64,000 nt of DNA, taken from Octopus sinensis (Eukaryota). Every line of letters begins with the position of its first letter. Position 1 is the stretch's first letter. Of the stretch, positions 51,447-63,701 are shown in pieces. Both the position numbers and the translations under genes were made by a program. A model generated the notes under the pieces. It saw nothing but the letters and a program-made list of their open reading frames with translations. It was not told the origin of the DNA and did not search any database. The stretch is from the NCBI RefSeq assembly GCF_006345805.1, contig NC_042998.1:194184001-194248000 (forward strand), written 5' to 3'.

Positions 51447-51871
51447 TTTTAAGTTCTGCTTTAATCAGCATGCATTTTTGAGTATATATTGTGTTGTATT
51501 GTCGCCAAAATAATTTGGTATTAAAACATAACATACATTAAAAAAAGGTAAAAACTTAGCGACTTGACAAACAGAGATCAATATTAAGCACTTGAATGAA
51601 ATAAATTCTGGATCAGTACAGTAGACTAAAACTCTTGAATTCCCCAGCCATTCCCTGGCATGGCTGCAGTTCAAAGACTGAAACAAACTGAAGAATAGTG
51701 TATCTAAGATCACATCATTTAATGTATCCTTTCCTTTTAAATGACAGCAGAGTGTCATCTAAGGAAGAATTGGCTGCTACTTCTAGCAAGTTTAGTGACT
51801 CCATAGATTTTCCCTTATAAGCATGTTTTAAGTTAGAGAGACGACACATATAAAATAATGGACAAACTTAC

Positions 51872-52001
51872 CCTTAAAACTGGGATTTAGCACAACTTTC
51901 CCTGTTGGTGTATACATAAAACTGCCTCTTGGAACTATTCTCACATCATCGTCAATATCCAACACGACAGATGCCAGGCGATCTTCTTCTTTCACCGTTT
52001 C
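51872..52001 (-). CDS. RSPH9: RSPH9 exon 3
   Basis: TAAAG| acceptor (phase 0) and G|GTAAGT donor (phase 1). Encodes ETVKEEDRLASVVLDIDDDVRIVPRGS...NPSFK. Confidence 0.95.
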
Positions 52002-52090
52002 CTTTAAATTGGTAACATGCATAAGTACATAAAAAAAAAACAAACACATTGCATATTTTCTTTTTCTTAGGGTTACAATATTGTTTTTAA

Positions 52091-52255
52091 GGAGGCGCGA
52101 TGGCCCAGTGGTTACGGCAGCGGACTCGCGGTCGTAAGATCGTGGTTTCGATTCCCAGACCGGGCGTTGTGAGTGTTTATTGAGCAAAAATACCTAAAGC
52201 TCCACGAGGCTCCGGCAGGGGATGGTGGTGATCTCTGCTGTACTCTTTCACCACA
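52091..52255 (+). mobile_element. SINE family B, 3'-truncated, fused to an RTE tail
   Basis: Head GGAGGCGCGATGGCCCAGTGG...GGTTTCGATTCCC, then CCGTCCAACCCCATGCTAGCATGG...(GAT)n. Confidence 0.85.
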
Positions 52256-52315
52256 CCGTCCAACCCCATGCTAGCATGGAAAACAGACGTTAAACGATGA
52301 TGATGATGATGATGA

Positions 52316-52877
52316 TAAAGAATAAAAAGTTTCGAATGGTGCAACAATACACTATAATACAGACAATGGGCTATATACCTGTTGTAATTTAGTCACCCAT
52401 AGTCTGATATGATATTTCGGAATAATATTCCTTCTTCAGGTATTCTTAGATGGAGTCACTGCTATAATCAGTTTACTTAGAAAACCGATTATAGCTATTT
52501 CTTTATTACCCACAAGGGGCTAAACACAGAGGGGACAAACAAGGACAGACATAGGTATTAAGTTGATTACATCGACCCCAGTGCGTAACTGGTACTTAAT
52601 TTATCGACCCCAAAAGGATGAAAGGCAAAGTCGACCTCGGCGGAATTTGAACTCACAACATAACGACAGACGAAATACCGCTAAGCATTTCGCCCGGCGT
52701 GCTAACATTTCTGCCAGCTCACCGATTATAGCAGCGACTTCATCTAAGAATATCTGAAGAAGGAATATTATTCCGAAATATCATATCAGACTATGGGTGA
52801 CTAAATTACAGCAGGTATATAGCCCATCGTCTGTATTATAGAGTATTGTTGCACCATTCGAAATTTTTTATTCTTTA
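52316..52877. mobile_element. Fold-back element (154-bp arms) with a SINE inserted at its spacer
   Basis: 52316-52469 is the reverse complement of 52724-52877 with a few mismatches. SINE A (-) lies at 52496-52720 with TSD ACCGATTATAGC (52484-52495 and 52721-52732). Confidence 0.9.
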
Positions 52878-52911
52878 CAAACAATACACAATGCTTCAAG
52901 CGGACTACAAT

Positions 52912-52976
<65 letters not shown>

Positions 52977-53312
52977 TCATCATTATCATCATCATCATTG
53001 TTTTAACTTCCACTTTTCATGCTTGCATTGTTTGGACAAAATTTGATGAGGCAGAATTTCTAGGGTTGGATGCATTACATTTGACCAAGAAATCTGAATG
53101 CTAAAGGGTTAAGTTGATCTGAGGAGTTTATTTTGTTGAGTGAGTCGTAATGACTGAGATGAAACGAAGCTAACACTGGATGCATGATGTTAGGGTGTAT
53201 GAACAGTGGAGTACAGGTGAGTGGCAAGAAAAGAGCTGGATGTAAGAGGAATCGAATGAAATGTTTAAAGAAGAAAACTGCACTGGCATGGGATTATCTT
53301 GTCATTGTTTAA

Positions 53313-53534
53313 CCCTTTTGATACCAACCAGGCTGAAACTGCCCTTGGCTCTGTTGCACAATTGTCTTGTTTTCATAAGTTTTGAATTAAAATCTTCCAC
53401 CAAACCTTAGTCACAGTTTATGTTCCTAACACTAGCTTAGTGATAACTAAGTTATTTTACTAAATTCTTTGTTATATTTAAAATTAATTTAAAGAAACAC
53501 AGAGCATCTCGAAATAAATACAGTAAGGAAAGGG
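53313..53534. mobile_element. piggyBac-type MITE
   Basis: TTAA|CCCTTT ... AAAGGG|TTAA termini. Confidence 0.75.
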
Positions 53535-54679
53535 TTAAAAGAATTACTGAGTGTTGAGTGTAGATGAGAGCTGTAGCAAAGAGAAAACCTAGGAAGGCAA
53601 TGGTAAAAGCTGACTCCAAGAAGCTAAACATCATGAAAGAGATGGAAAATTCCATATTATGGCAACATGTGGCACTAGGCAAAACCTGCCCACATGTGCA
53701 AGCAAGGCAAAATAGCCATTAAAATAATGGTAGTGGTGATGGAGGTATGGGTGTATAATATCGTTGAATTTCTACCCCAGTATACGTCAGGCCGGCAGTG
53801 AAGTTTTCGCACTGTTCATTACCTTCTCATCTAACACCCCTATCCTATTCCCTGTACCACACCACCCAAGTAACAAAGATTGGTATTTCCTTAAACTATC
53901 CACCACTACCCATTCTCATTACAGCCCTATCATTTTCACCCTGCTTTTTTCCTATCACAATGCCTCGGATAATGAGGGATATCCTCAGACGTATCCATAT
54001 TCATCATTGTCACTCTCTTCAACTAACCCTCATTCTCTTTCCACCCTTGTGACTTTCAGTTGGCCCCTACCACTCTCACTATCTCTTATCTCTGTTAGCC
54101 ACCACTCACTCTCTACAACAATAGCATCTTTATTGCTGTTCCAACATGTTGCTCAAGCTATGTTCTGTTCAACCTCCTACCAATAACTAGCATCTAGCTA
54201 TTACACAGCTTGTCTTTTCCATTCCTTACCATCTTATCACTCTGTTTCCTCTATTGAAATCATATTCATTACTCTTTCCTCTTTTATTGTTTCCATCACT
54301 CTGCTTCTCCTTACATTTGGACACATTTGACTTGAAAGAATGGAGAATACAGAGTATACAAAACATATTTCCTGTGTTGGTGCCATGTTAAAATGCATTG
54401 CAGTACATTCTGTAAAATGACAGGTTGTTATCCAGTTATAGAAATCATCCTCAGAATAGAACATACAAATGAGGTGTGGTCCTCAGCCTGTCCATTTTAT
54501 ATACATACATCTCCCCCCACCCATTCTCCTCCTCCTCCCCTCAAGACAAACAGCACCATGATGCAATTCACTCTGCCAGAAGTTTGGAAATGACATGCTG
54601 TACTGCTTAGCATTCATGCCAGAAGCTCCAATACAAACATTTCGGAGTGTTTGGGTGTCAATTTGAGGACATGTACTGA

Positions 54680-55282
54680 GGATGATAAAAATCAAACATC
54701 CAGTCAACATCGTGGTGTTTGGAGTGATCACAAGTGATGGCAATGCTATGCCTCCATTCATCTTCCCATCTTTGACCTCAGACCTACATCAAGTGCCTGG
54801 AGGAAGCAGTGCTGCCCTGGGTAAAGAGGGTGGTTGCTGGAAGACCCTATGTCTGGCAACAGGACTCTGCACCATGCCACACAAGCAGGAGAACACAGTC
54901 ATGGCTGTCAGACAATTTCTGCGACCACATCACCCCTAACATCTGGCTACCTAACTCCCCACACTGCAATTCCCTTGATTATTATGTGTGGGGCACAGCT
55001 GAGCGAGAGACCAACAAAACCCCTTGTAGCAACAAAGATGAACTGAAGGCAAGGATTATGGCAGCATTGACCAACTCAAACAAGGGGACTGTTCAGAAGG
55101 GTTACAGGAGATTCCAAAGTCGTCTGGAGGCTGTGGTTGAAGCCAATGGCGATTTTATTGAATAAATTTAATCTTTAGTATTTCAAGATATTTTTATGTA
55201 ATTTTGGTAAATATATCTGTTAAAATGAGATGTCAGTGTTATTTTCATTTTTTTTCTACGACAGTTAATTCACCACACCCTG
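54680..55282 (+). mobile_element. DD37D (maT/mori-type) Tc1-mariner transposase remnant with 3' TIR
   Basis: Reads KHPVNIVVFGVITSDG; QQD then 37 residues then D in NSLDYYVW. Ends CACCCTG|TA. Confidence 0.85.
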
Positions 55283-56018
55283 TATATATGTATATGTATG
55301 TATATATGTATATGTGTGCATGCCACATATGCATGCATCATCATAATCATCGTTTAACGTCCGTTCCCCATGCTAGCATGGGTTGGACGGTTCGACCGGG
55401 GATCTGGGCCAGAAGGCTGCACCAGGCTCCGGTCTTATCTGGCAATGTTTCTATAGCTGGATGCCCTTCCTAATGCCAACCACTCCGTGAGTGTAGTGGG
55501 TGCTTTTTACGTGCCACCTGCACATTTGTGTGTTATAAACTCCTTGCTTTGACATCACATAATATTGCAAACTATCAAGCAGTGTTATGCAAACAGAGTC
55601 CCTTGTTTCCAATCTGCTGCGAAAACATGTTTAGTCATGGGGGAATATTACCTGACTTGGGAAAACATAAAGTTTGGTGAAGAAAGGTGTTTTGAATTAA
55701 TCACACATTATCTTGTAGCTTCAAGATTTCAATGGTATCGTCATCATCATTTAACATCTACTTTCCATGCTGGCATGGGTTGGATGGTTTGACTGAAAAC
55801 TGGTACGCCAGGGGGCTGCGCCAGGCTCCAATCTGTTATTTTTAGAATGACATTGTAGGGTAGGTGTGTGAGGTTGGATCTGGTCGATTCTAACATAAAA
55901 CCGGGTAGAATATTTGGGTTGGATATGGCCAAATTAAATGTTAAAGGTGGTGTTAAAGCATGGTCACAATCCAATGACTGGAATCAGTGAAAGAATAAAA
56001 GAATGCCTTTATACTTAC

Positions 56019-56169
56019 CTCATGTTCTTCCTCTTCCTCATCAACCCCATCTTTCTTTAACTTAAATTCATGGCTCACATCACCTGTAAATCTTCCCCTG
56101 ACATTTCGACTCAATTTCATTGTTTCTGGTCCCACAGAGGGCATAACAACCCAATTAACACAGTCCGAG
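56019..56169 (-). CDS. RSPH9: RSPH9 exon 2
   Basis: CACAG| acceptor (phase 2, TG+C=Cys) and GAG|GTAAGT donor (phase 0). Encodes SDCVNWVVMP...VRGRFTGD. Confidence 0.93.
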
Positions 56170-57926
56170 CTGTGAATAAAGTAACATGAACAGCACCAAC
56201 ATTATACCACAAGAACAACATCAACACTACACCTGGTTACACAAGAGTAATGACGAAGCCACTATATAGTCACTCATTCTGCTAGAAATAGCAGCCAAAT
56301 CTCCCTCAAGTTAAACATTACTTTAAGAAAGGACACAATGAATAATGAGGACATAAATACTCCTAAATGTTGTTGATGTCCAACATGAACATCATCATCA
56401 TCATCATCGTTTAACGTCCGCTTTCCATGCTAGCATGGGTTGGACGGTTCAACTGGGATCTGGGAAGCCCGAAGGCTGCACCAGGCCAGTTAGATCTGGC
56501 GGTGTTTCTACAGCTGGATGCCCTTCCTAACGCCAACTGCTCCGTGAGTGTAGTGGGTGCTTTTTATGTGCCACCGACACAGGTGCCAGACGAGGCTGGC
56601 ATGGCCATGCTCGGATGGTGTTTGTTACGTGCCACCAGCACGGAGGCCAGTCAATGCGGTGCTGGCTACGGCCACGTTCGGAAGGTTCTCTTATGTGCCA
56701 CCGGCACTGGTACCACAAACTACAAATTCCATTGATGTTGATCGATTTCGATTTTGATTTGATTGTTTGATCTATAGATAAAATGTGTGGTGGGGTAGGC
56801 TCAAGGGTTTGAGTACAATGCTAACATTACACTAATGAGAACATTAATATTACACTATTAAGAACAAAACCCTCTATGAGGACACAGCTAACATTATAAA
56901 TCAATAAAAAATCTTTATGTGATCAAATGGCCTGCTAGAAATTGCGGTCAGATCTATCTCAAAATCTGAGCTGCTTCTCTTAACTCATTTTTATTTACAT
57001 ATGTAAAGGTTAAGCTTTTAGTTGAAGTCGAGGGTCACCAATTGTAACGATAAAAATGTGTTGTTATAACAGCAAGTTGTAAGATGTGCATGAAGTTTTA
57101 AGAAAATATTTATTTACTTTTACGTTGAAAAATACCTTACCTCAACGGGTAAGTTGTAACATCCGAGAGCATGCGAAAGAAAGTTAGATGTGGTAGAATT
57201 TTTCTTTGTATAGTTTTGTGTACACGTTGTTAGTAGTAATCCACAGATAGTGATAGAATGATGTTGTAAGAGAACAGAATTAGAGCTAGTGAGAGTGTGT
57301 AGGGTTGTGGGACATTGTCTCACAGTTGCTTATAGTAAATTTCATTTCTCTCTGCTGACCATTGTCTTTAGTAGCTGCCTTCCTTGTGGTCATGATTCTA
57401 GCAGTCCATTCCCTAACTAATTGAGTCATCACAAGCTGCCTCATTCCCTGGTCACCAAGTGACTGCTTGGTTTTTGCTTGGGAGTTCTTGCTTTTATAAC
57501 TATCCAGAAGGATAGACATAACGTTGAGAACAATGGGCTTCATTGGTGGTACTGTGGTATCTCTATTCTAGCTTTTGGTGAAGTAGAAGAGGTTATAAGG
57601 GTCAAGTGGTGAAGACATTATTTCAGCCTAGCTAAAGGCAATCTGGCAAATGTAAAACTGCTGTCAGAGAAAAACCATTGTTCCACCGTGAGAAAAGTTC
57701 TGTTGAACTGTTGATTTAAATTTGGCTGAGGTGGATCAAATCCACTTCATGCTTGCAAGATCCTGCATGTACATTAACTTTAAGTCATGTAGAGCAGAGT
57801 CAAACAGTTATTGTTTGTTTGTTTGTGTGTGTGTGTGTATGTATTATCTATGTATGTATGTGTGTGTGTGTACATACTATTCATGCATGTATGGATGTAT
57901 GTATGTATGTATGTATTATGAATGTA

Positions 57927-58809
57927 CAAGGTGGTATCAAAAGGTTCCCAGACTAGTTATATTTAATGAAAAATAACTTATTTACCTAAGTGTTAACATC
58001 ATCTCCTTTGAAAGAGTTACCTTGTGCAGCAATACACTGATCCCAGAATTCCTGCCACATTTGGAATCCAGCCTTGAAGTTCTTTACCGTAAGCAAGTCA
58101 AGGACCTTCTGCAATTCACTCTGGATCTCAAAAACCTTCAAACTACATTTTCAAATTGGGGAAGAGATAGAAGCCCACAGGTGCTAAATCTAGCAAATAG
58201 GGTGGGTGCAGACGTGATACCATGTTGTTTTTAGCAAGGAAATTATGAGGGGAGCTTCATGAAGAATCCAATTCTTCATACTCTACAGATCCAGTCCCTT
58301 TCACCAAATGTCCTCCCTCAAACAATTCAAAATGTCACAGTAGAACTCTCGATCGATGATCTGGTCCTGAGGGACAAATTCCCTATCCACAATACCACAT
58401 TCCCGAGTGTAACACTCATGGTGGGTCTTCCAGATTGCTCATCATCTTCCAGGGATGCTCCTTCACCTTTGAAGCATCCATGCCACTTGAAACATTGCAT
58501 ACGACCCATTGCCTTGTCACCATAAGCTTGCCAGAGCATGCTCAATGTCTCTGTAGCAGACTTCCAAAGTTTAACACAAAATTTCACATTGGCTCTTTGT
58601 TCCAGTTTCCTTTCCACGACAAAATCACAGACTACAGCATAGATGTGATCACAAAAGCACGAATTTCACAACTTGCAAAGTAAACACAGTCAGGTCACTC
58701 AGCACACTGCATCATGGAGGTCACTGCCAGCTCTCATTGTCCACACAACCATGTGCTGCCATCTGTTAGCTTACTACAGAACTAGTCCAGAAACTTTTTG
58801 ATACCATTG
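57927..58809 (-). mobile_element. Mariner element remnant with TIRs
   Basis: TIR TGGTATCAAAAGGTTCCCAGACTAGT versus the reverse complement of ACTAGTCCAGAAACTTTTTGATACCA. ORF 58327-58617 reads EQRANVKFCVKL..ATET..AYG..CFKW..LEDDEQSGRP (mariner HTH). Confidence 0.85.
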
Positions 58810-59367
58810 ATACATTGGTGTCCAGAGGGTAACTGATTTCCACAACAGTACATACATTTCCTTGTCATCCCACACAACAATATCTGGTTCGTCGTGTTTC
58901 AACTTGGTGGTTGTTTCAATTTTTAAGTTTGACTAATTATCTTTTGACCCATCGGTCTCATTATAGTCAACTTTGCAGGTGTTTTTTCTTTCGTTATCCT
59001 GTTCCAGACCATTATGGCCACTACATCATGTCACATGGAAAGATAATATCTAGAAGACATCCTCTCACAGTTGGCAATAACGCGGTTTCTGTCTTCTGTC
59101 AGTCAGTATGTATGTGTGGTTAGATGGATAGTTGGATGTTCTCTTTTGAATAGAAAGTAGTTCGAAATTTTTTTCTGTCATGAAATCTATGTAATTAAGC
59201 TCTTTAAATGATAAATTTATTTTAAGGGTATGGTCTATTTTAATCATTTATTGGTCTATTAGTGGTACTCATTTTATAAACCCTGGAGTGATGAAATACT
59301 AAGTTTGTTCCAGGATCTCGGGCAGAGCTAGATGCTATAAACTCACATAGGTAAGCAATATCAGTTG

Positions 59368-59673
59368 GTGGAGGCACATGGCCTAGTGATTAGAGCAGCG
59401 GACTCGTGGTCGAGGGATCGCGGGTTCGAATCTCAGACCGGGCGATGTGTGTGTTTATGAGCGAAACACTTAAGCTTCACATGGCTCCGGCAGAAGGTAA
59501 TGGCCAACTCCTGCTGACTCTTTTGTCAAAACTTACTCTCACTCTTTCCTCTGCATCTTGCAGCTCACCTGCGATGGACCGGCGTCCCATCCAGGTGGGG
59601 AACCTATACGCCAAGGAAACAGGGAAACTGGCCCTTATGAGCCAGGCGTGACTCGAGAAGGAACAAACAACAA
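59368..59673 (+). mobile_element. SINE (family B-related head) with 12-bp TSD
   Basis: CAATATCAGTTG at 59356-59367 and 59674-59685; B box GGTTCGAATCTC. Confidence 0.9.
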
Positions 59674-60375
59674 CAATATCAGTTGCCCCAGATCGAGTCT
59701 ATAAAATATTATCTCTTTATTGAAGAAGATAGAATGTAGTGTGGTGGTGATGGCTCTTTTCCTCACCTGTTATGTTTAACCCTATAAATATCCACGCCCT
59801 TTTTTTTTTTTTATGACTGTAGGGTTTGGACAGAGTTCTGACCACCAGTTGTAATTTTCTTTTTTTTTTTTTTGTATTTTCAGAAATTAAAAAAAGAAGT
59901 GGAAATTTTACCGGTCAGTGTGTTAAATTATAAGGTACCAAAAGAGAAGGACTCTCCCCAGACACAATAGAATTTTCAGAAATGTTTTTCGAATTTGTGT
60001 TCTACTAACTCTAGCTCGTACTATTAAGTTAACAAAACAAAAACAAAAAAAGGAAAAAAAGACATTTAGTAGGTGTTATTGTTTCTCCCTTAGTCAATCT
60101 TCATCAAACTATCCTATAACTAAAAGTATTTCAGCTGTCACCATTCTGTTATTTTTTATATAATGCCCTACATTTTTCTCGAGAAAATTCATAAATCCAT
60201 ATAGGTGAGCTCCTTAAAATGACATGGGCATAGTTGATTACAATCGTATAAGTTACGACTTGGGTGAATTTGGCTACAATTTCTAGCAAGTCAAGAGACC
60301 ATCAAGAGGTCCCTTCATTGGTTCGTATTGCACAAAAATAAACACCTAGGATCTAGTTTATTATTATGTCATTAA

Positions 60376-60782
60376 GGCGGCGAGCTGGCAGAATCGTTAG
60401 CACGCCGGGCGAAGTGCTTAACGGTACTTCGTCTGCCGCTACGTTCTGAGTTCAAATTCCGCCGAGGTCGACTTTGCCTTTCATCCTTTCGGGGTCGATT
60501 AAATAAGTACCAGTTATGCACTGGGGTCGATATAATCGACTTAATCCGTTTGTCTGTCCTTGTTTGGCCCCTCTGTGTTTAGCCCCTTGTGGGTAGTAAA
60601 GAAATAGAAATAGGTATTTCGTTTGCCGCTACGTTCTGAGTTCAAATTCCGCCGAGGTCGACTTTGCCTTTCATACTTTCGGGGTCGATGAATTAAGTAC
60701 TAATTACGCACTGGGGTCGGTGTAATCTACTTAATCCGTTTGTCTGTCCTTGTTTGGCCCCTTGTGGGCAATAAAGAAATAA
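60376..60782 (+). mobile_element. SINE family A with two body modules (degenerate further copy to ~60960)
   Basis: Head at 60376; junction GAAATAGGTATTTCGT at ~60606. Confidence 0.88.
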
Positions 60783-61151
60783 GAATCATTAGCACGCCGA
60801 ACAAAATGCTTAGCAACATTTTGTCTATCTCAATGTCCTGAGTTCAAATTCCACTGAGTTCGACTTTGTCTTTCATCCCTTCGAGATCGATGAAATAAGT
60901 ACCTGTGAAATACTGGAGTTGATGGAACTGACTTCTCCGTTCCCCCCTTAAAACTACTAACCCTGTGTTAATATTTTTAACCATTATTATTTGTATCATT
61001 ATTTGCTTTTTTTTCTTCTTTATCCTAAACATGTTTTCTTAACACTTTTGGACTTATGTATGTCATTTGTATATGCAACAACAACAAATAAATTAAAAAT
61101 TACCATTTAGACATCTGTTACTCATGAAGAATTTAGAATACAGGAACTTAC

Positions 61152-61384
61152 CAATAAAAATATTTCTTGAGCGGAGCAAATTCGTCCAGAGAAACTCCGT
61201 GAGCGATAAAATAAGATCTGCCTCGGAGTGTTTTAATTTTACCCCAAAAATAGACTTTGTGAAATTTATTCTCATACTTCAAAATAGTCAACGAAGACTG
61301 CAGAGAAGATTTTTGTTCGGGACTCAGTACTATTCCAGTGCTAGCAAAGAAATTTATATCCAGTATTAGGTTTTCTGAATCCAT
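61152..61384 (-). CDS. RSPH9: RSPH9 exon 1
   Basis: Encodes MDSENLILD...GIVLSPEQKSSLQSSL...KVYFWGKI...YFIAHG..DEFAP; TG|GTAAGT donor, phase 2. The five exons sum to 822 nt (273 aa plus stop). Confidence 0.95.
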
Positions 61385-61433
61385 TATTGATAAATTCGAA
61401 TAACCTGTACGATTGCTGATCTGAGAACACGCT

Positions 61434-61540
61434 GTTGCTAGGGAAGCCTGCGCATGTGCATATCGTTATTTGATAAATTCGTTTGCTCAGTGCGATTGTT
61501 TGTTTATTAAGAACCCGGTTGCTACCGAGTCTGCGCATGC
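61434..61540 (-). promoter_or_regulatory. Candidate RSPH9 proximal promoter (X-box, forkhead and NRF1-like motifs)
   Basis: GTTGCTAGGGAAG 61434-61446, TGCGCATGTGCA 61449-61460, TGTTTGTTTA 61497-61506, GTTGCTA 61518-61524, TGCGCATGC 61532-61540; 50-160 nt upstream of the ATG. Confidence 0.6.
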
Positions 61541-61703
61541 CCATAATCTCGCCTACGCTGTTATAGTTTTTTTGTATCTAGACTCAAGCTGTTTTTGTTT
61601 ATTCTCCTAATTAAAACTTTTTTAACTTTTTACAGTTATTGATACGATTATCAATTTTAGTTTTTAGTTTTTCTTCACTACATATTTTATTTCTTAACTT
61701 TTT

Positions 61704-62110
61704 GGATCTTTTCGGTTTGACAGCAGTTTTTAAAAATAATTTCCACGTAACTAAATACTTTTAAATTTCGTATACTGGTAGAATGTATTTATAAAACATC
61801 TTTTTCTCTTGGCTTTATTGAGAAAATTCTACAGTTTGTAAAATATTTCTTGTTTTTTTTTTTTCTTCAATTTCTGCAATTTCAACCAATCAATGACGTC
61901 TATTGAGGTGAAAACATTCTGTGCCTTATGAATTTGTCCCTCGTTTAAGAAACAGATTGAGTTTATTTACATTTCTGAAGAAAAAAAAAATTCCCTTCCC
62001 CCCACCCCTAAACCTAACCCTAAAACAGATCGATACTAGGGTCATAATTATGGGTGACAATTTCATATGACACCACTAGAAAAAACTGCCGTTCAAACCG
62101 AAACGATCCC
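61704..62110. mobile_element. MITE with GGATC termini, 8-9-bp TSD and CCCTAA-like repeats (Merlin-like)
   Basis: GGATCTTTTCGGTTTGACAGCAGTTTT versus the reverse complement of AAAACTGCCGTTCAAACCGAAACGATCC. AACTTTTT at 61696-61703 and 62111-62118. Interior is homologous to the 25441 arms. Confidence 0.72.
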
Positions 62111-63149
62111 AACTTTTTTTATGCTCCCTGCATCAAATATATTAACATTTAACTATCATTCGTTTGGAATTGGTCAACATACTATTGCTTTCGTCGAAAT
62201 TCACTTCGCATTATGAGTAAACAACACTACTAACCCAAAGACTGAATCTGGTTAAAAATTTCATGGGAACGACAAAAGTTTAAGACGACTTTGACAAAAT
62301 TTGAAACCAGAGTAATATAAAGATATGAAAATTGTGTTACTGTTATCAAAGAAACCGTAGTTTCGTGTCAGTCTGTCTGTCTATGTATAATATTGAAATT
62401 ATTGTATACAGTGCTCAGGTGCACCACAACTTGTCAAAAGTGCGTATAAAGTATATGCAGTAATGTACAAATGCCTGGAAAGCGAACAGTGTGTGTGTAT
62501 GTATGTATGTATGTGTGTATGTATGTATGTAGGCAGGTAGGTCTGAGAGTGTGTGTTTTTATATATGTCTGTATGTATGTATAGTCCCAAGCGCACAATG
62601 TTCTTAAAGGTCAGCAATGGTCAGCGGAGGTGAAGAATAACCATACTACTCGTTTTCAGCATAACAAAAACCCTGACCCTAACCCTAAACCCTAACTCTA
62701 ATCCCTAACCCTAACCCAAACTCTAAACACTGGGTGTACGTATTCTTTACTTTCGCCACAATGGTTTCCTCGGTCACGAGTGGACGGCCATCATGTATAT
62801 GTGTATTTAATATTTCACTACACTCTCGGAGTGGTTGGCGTTAGGAAGGGCATCCAGCTGTAGAAACTCTGCCAGATCAAGACTGGAGCCTGGTGCAGCC
62901 ATCTGGTTCGCCAGCCCACAGTCAAACCGTCTAACCCATGCTAGCATGGAAAGCAGACGTTAAACGATGATGATGATGATGATGATGATGATTTCGATTA
63001 AGCCTCGCCAGACTAATACTCTGGTGTAGAACTCAATATACATAAGCTTCAGAACAAAGCGTTGGTCGAGTTCAGTGCAGTAATAAGAAAATGAGATATC
63101 AAGGAATAATCGATTATCATATGAACTTCATTAGCTTACAGCAGTTTCT

Positions 63150-63701
63150 GCTAAAAGATTCAGTGGACTCATAGTTGAGTGCCTGAGTAACACCTTATAG
63201 CTTCATCAGAACCTTGAATATGAAGTGTAATTTATTTGGGAAAAGAATTGAATTTCTCTCAAATATTGAACCAACTGAGGGACCATCCATCCGAATTGAC
63301 AGCAGTATAATAGATAAGACAATTAAGAATATGAAGACAAGGAAAGCCCCTGGACTATCAGGAATCACTACCGACATGATTAAAATATCGGCCTACTCAC
63401 TCGTATAGTTAATCAGGTTATTCAAGAAAGTGTCATCCCCAGTGACTGGTATAGTCATATTATATATAGTTGGCTGCTACAGTGATGCCTTAGTCAGAAA
63501 CAACTACAGAAGTATCAAATTGCTGGACCAGGTCATGAAAGTTACAGAGAGAGTAATAGCTCAATTGATTAGGAATAGATTTAAGCTAGATGAGATGCAG
63601 TTTGATCTCTTGCCTGGGAAGAATACCACAGATGCCATTTTCCTAGTGAGACAGCTGCAGGAAAAGTACTTGGCCAAAAGTAAGCCATTGTACTTGGCTT
63701 T
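63150..63701 (+). mobile_element. Degenerate RTE reverse-transcriptase fragment
   Basis: Reads KAPGLSGIT..MIK, NNYRSIKLLDQVMKVTERVI, DEMQF, TTDAIFLVRQLQEKYLAK. Confidence 0.9.
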
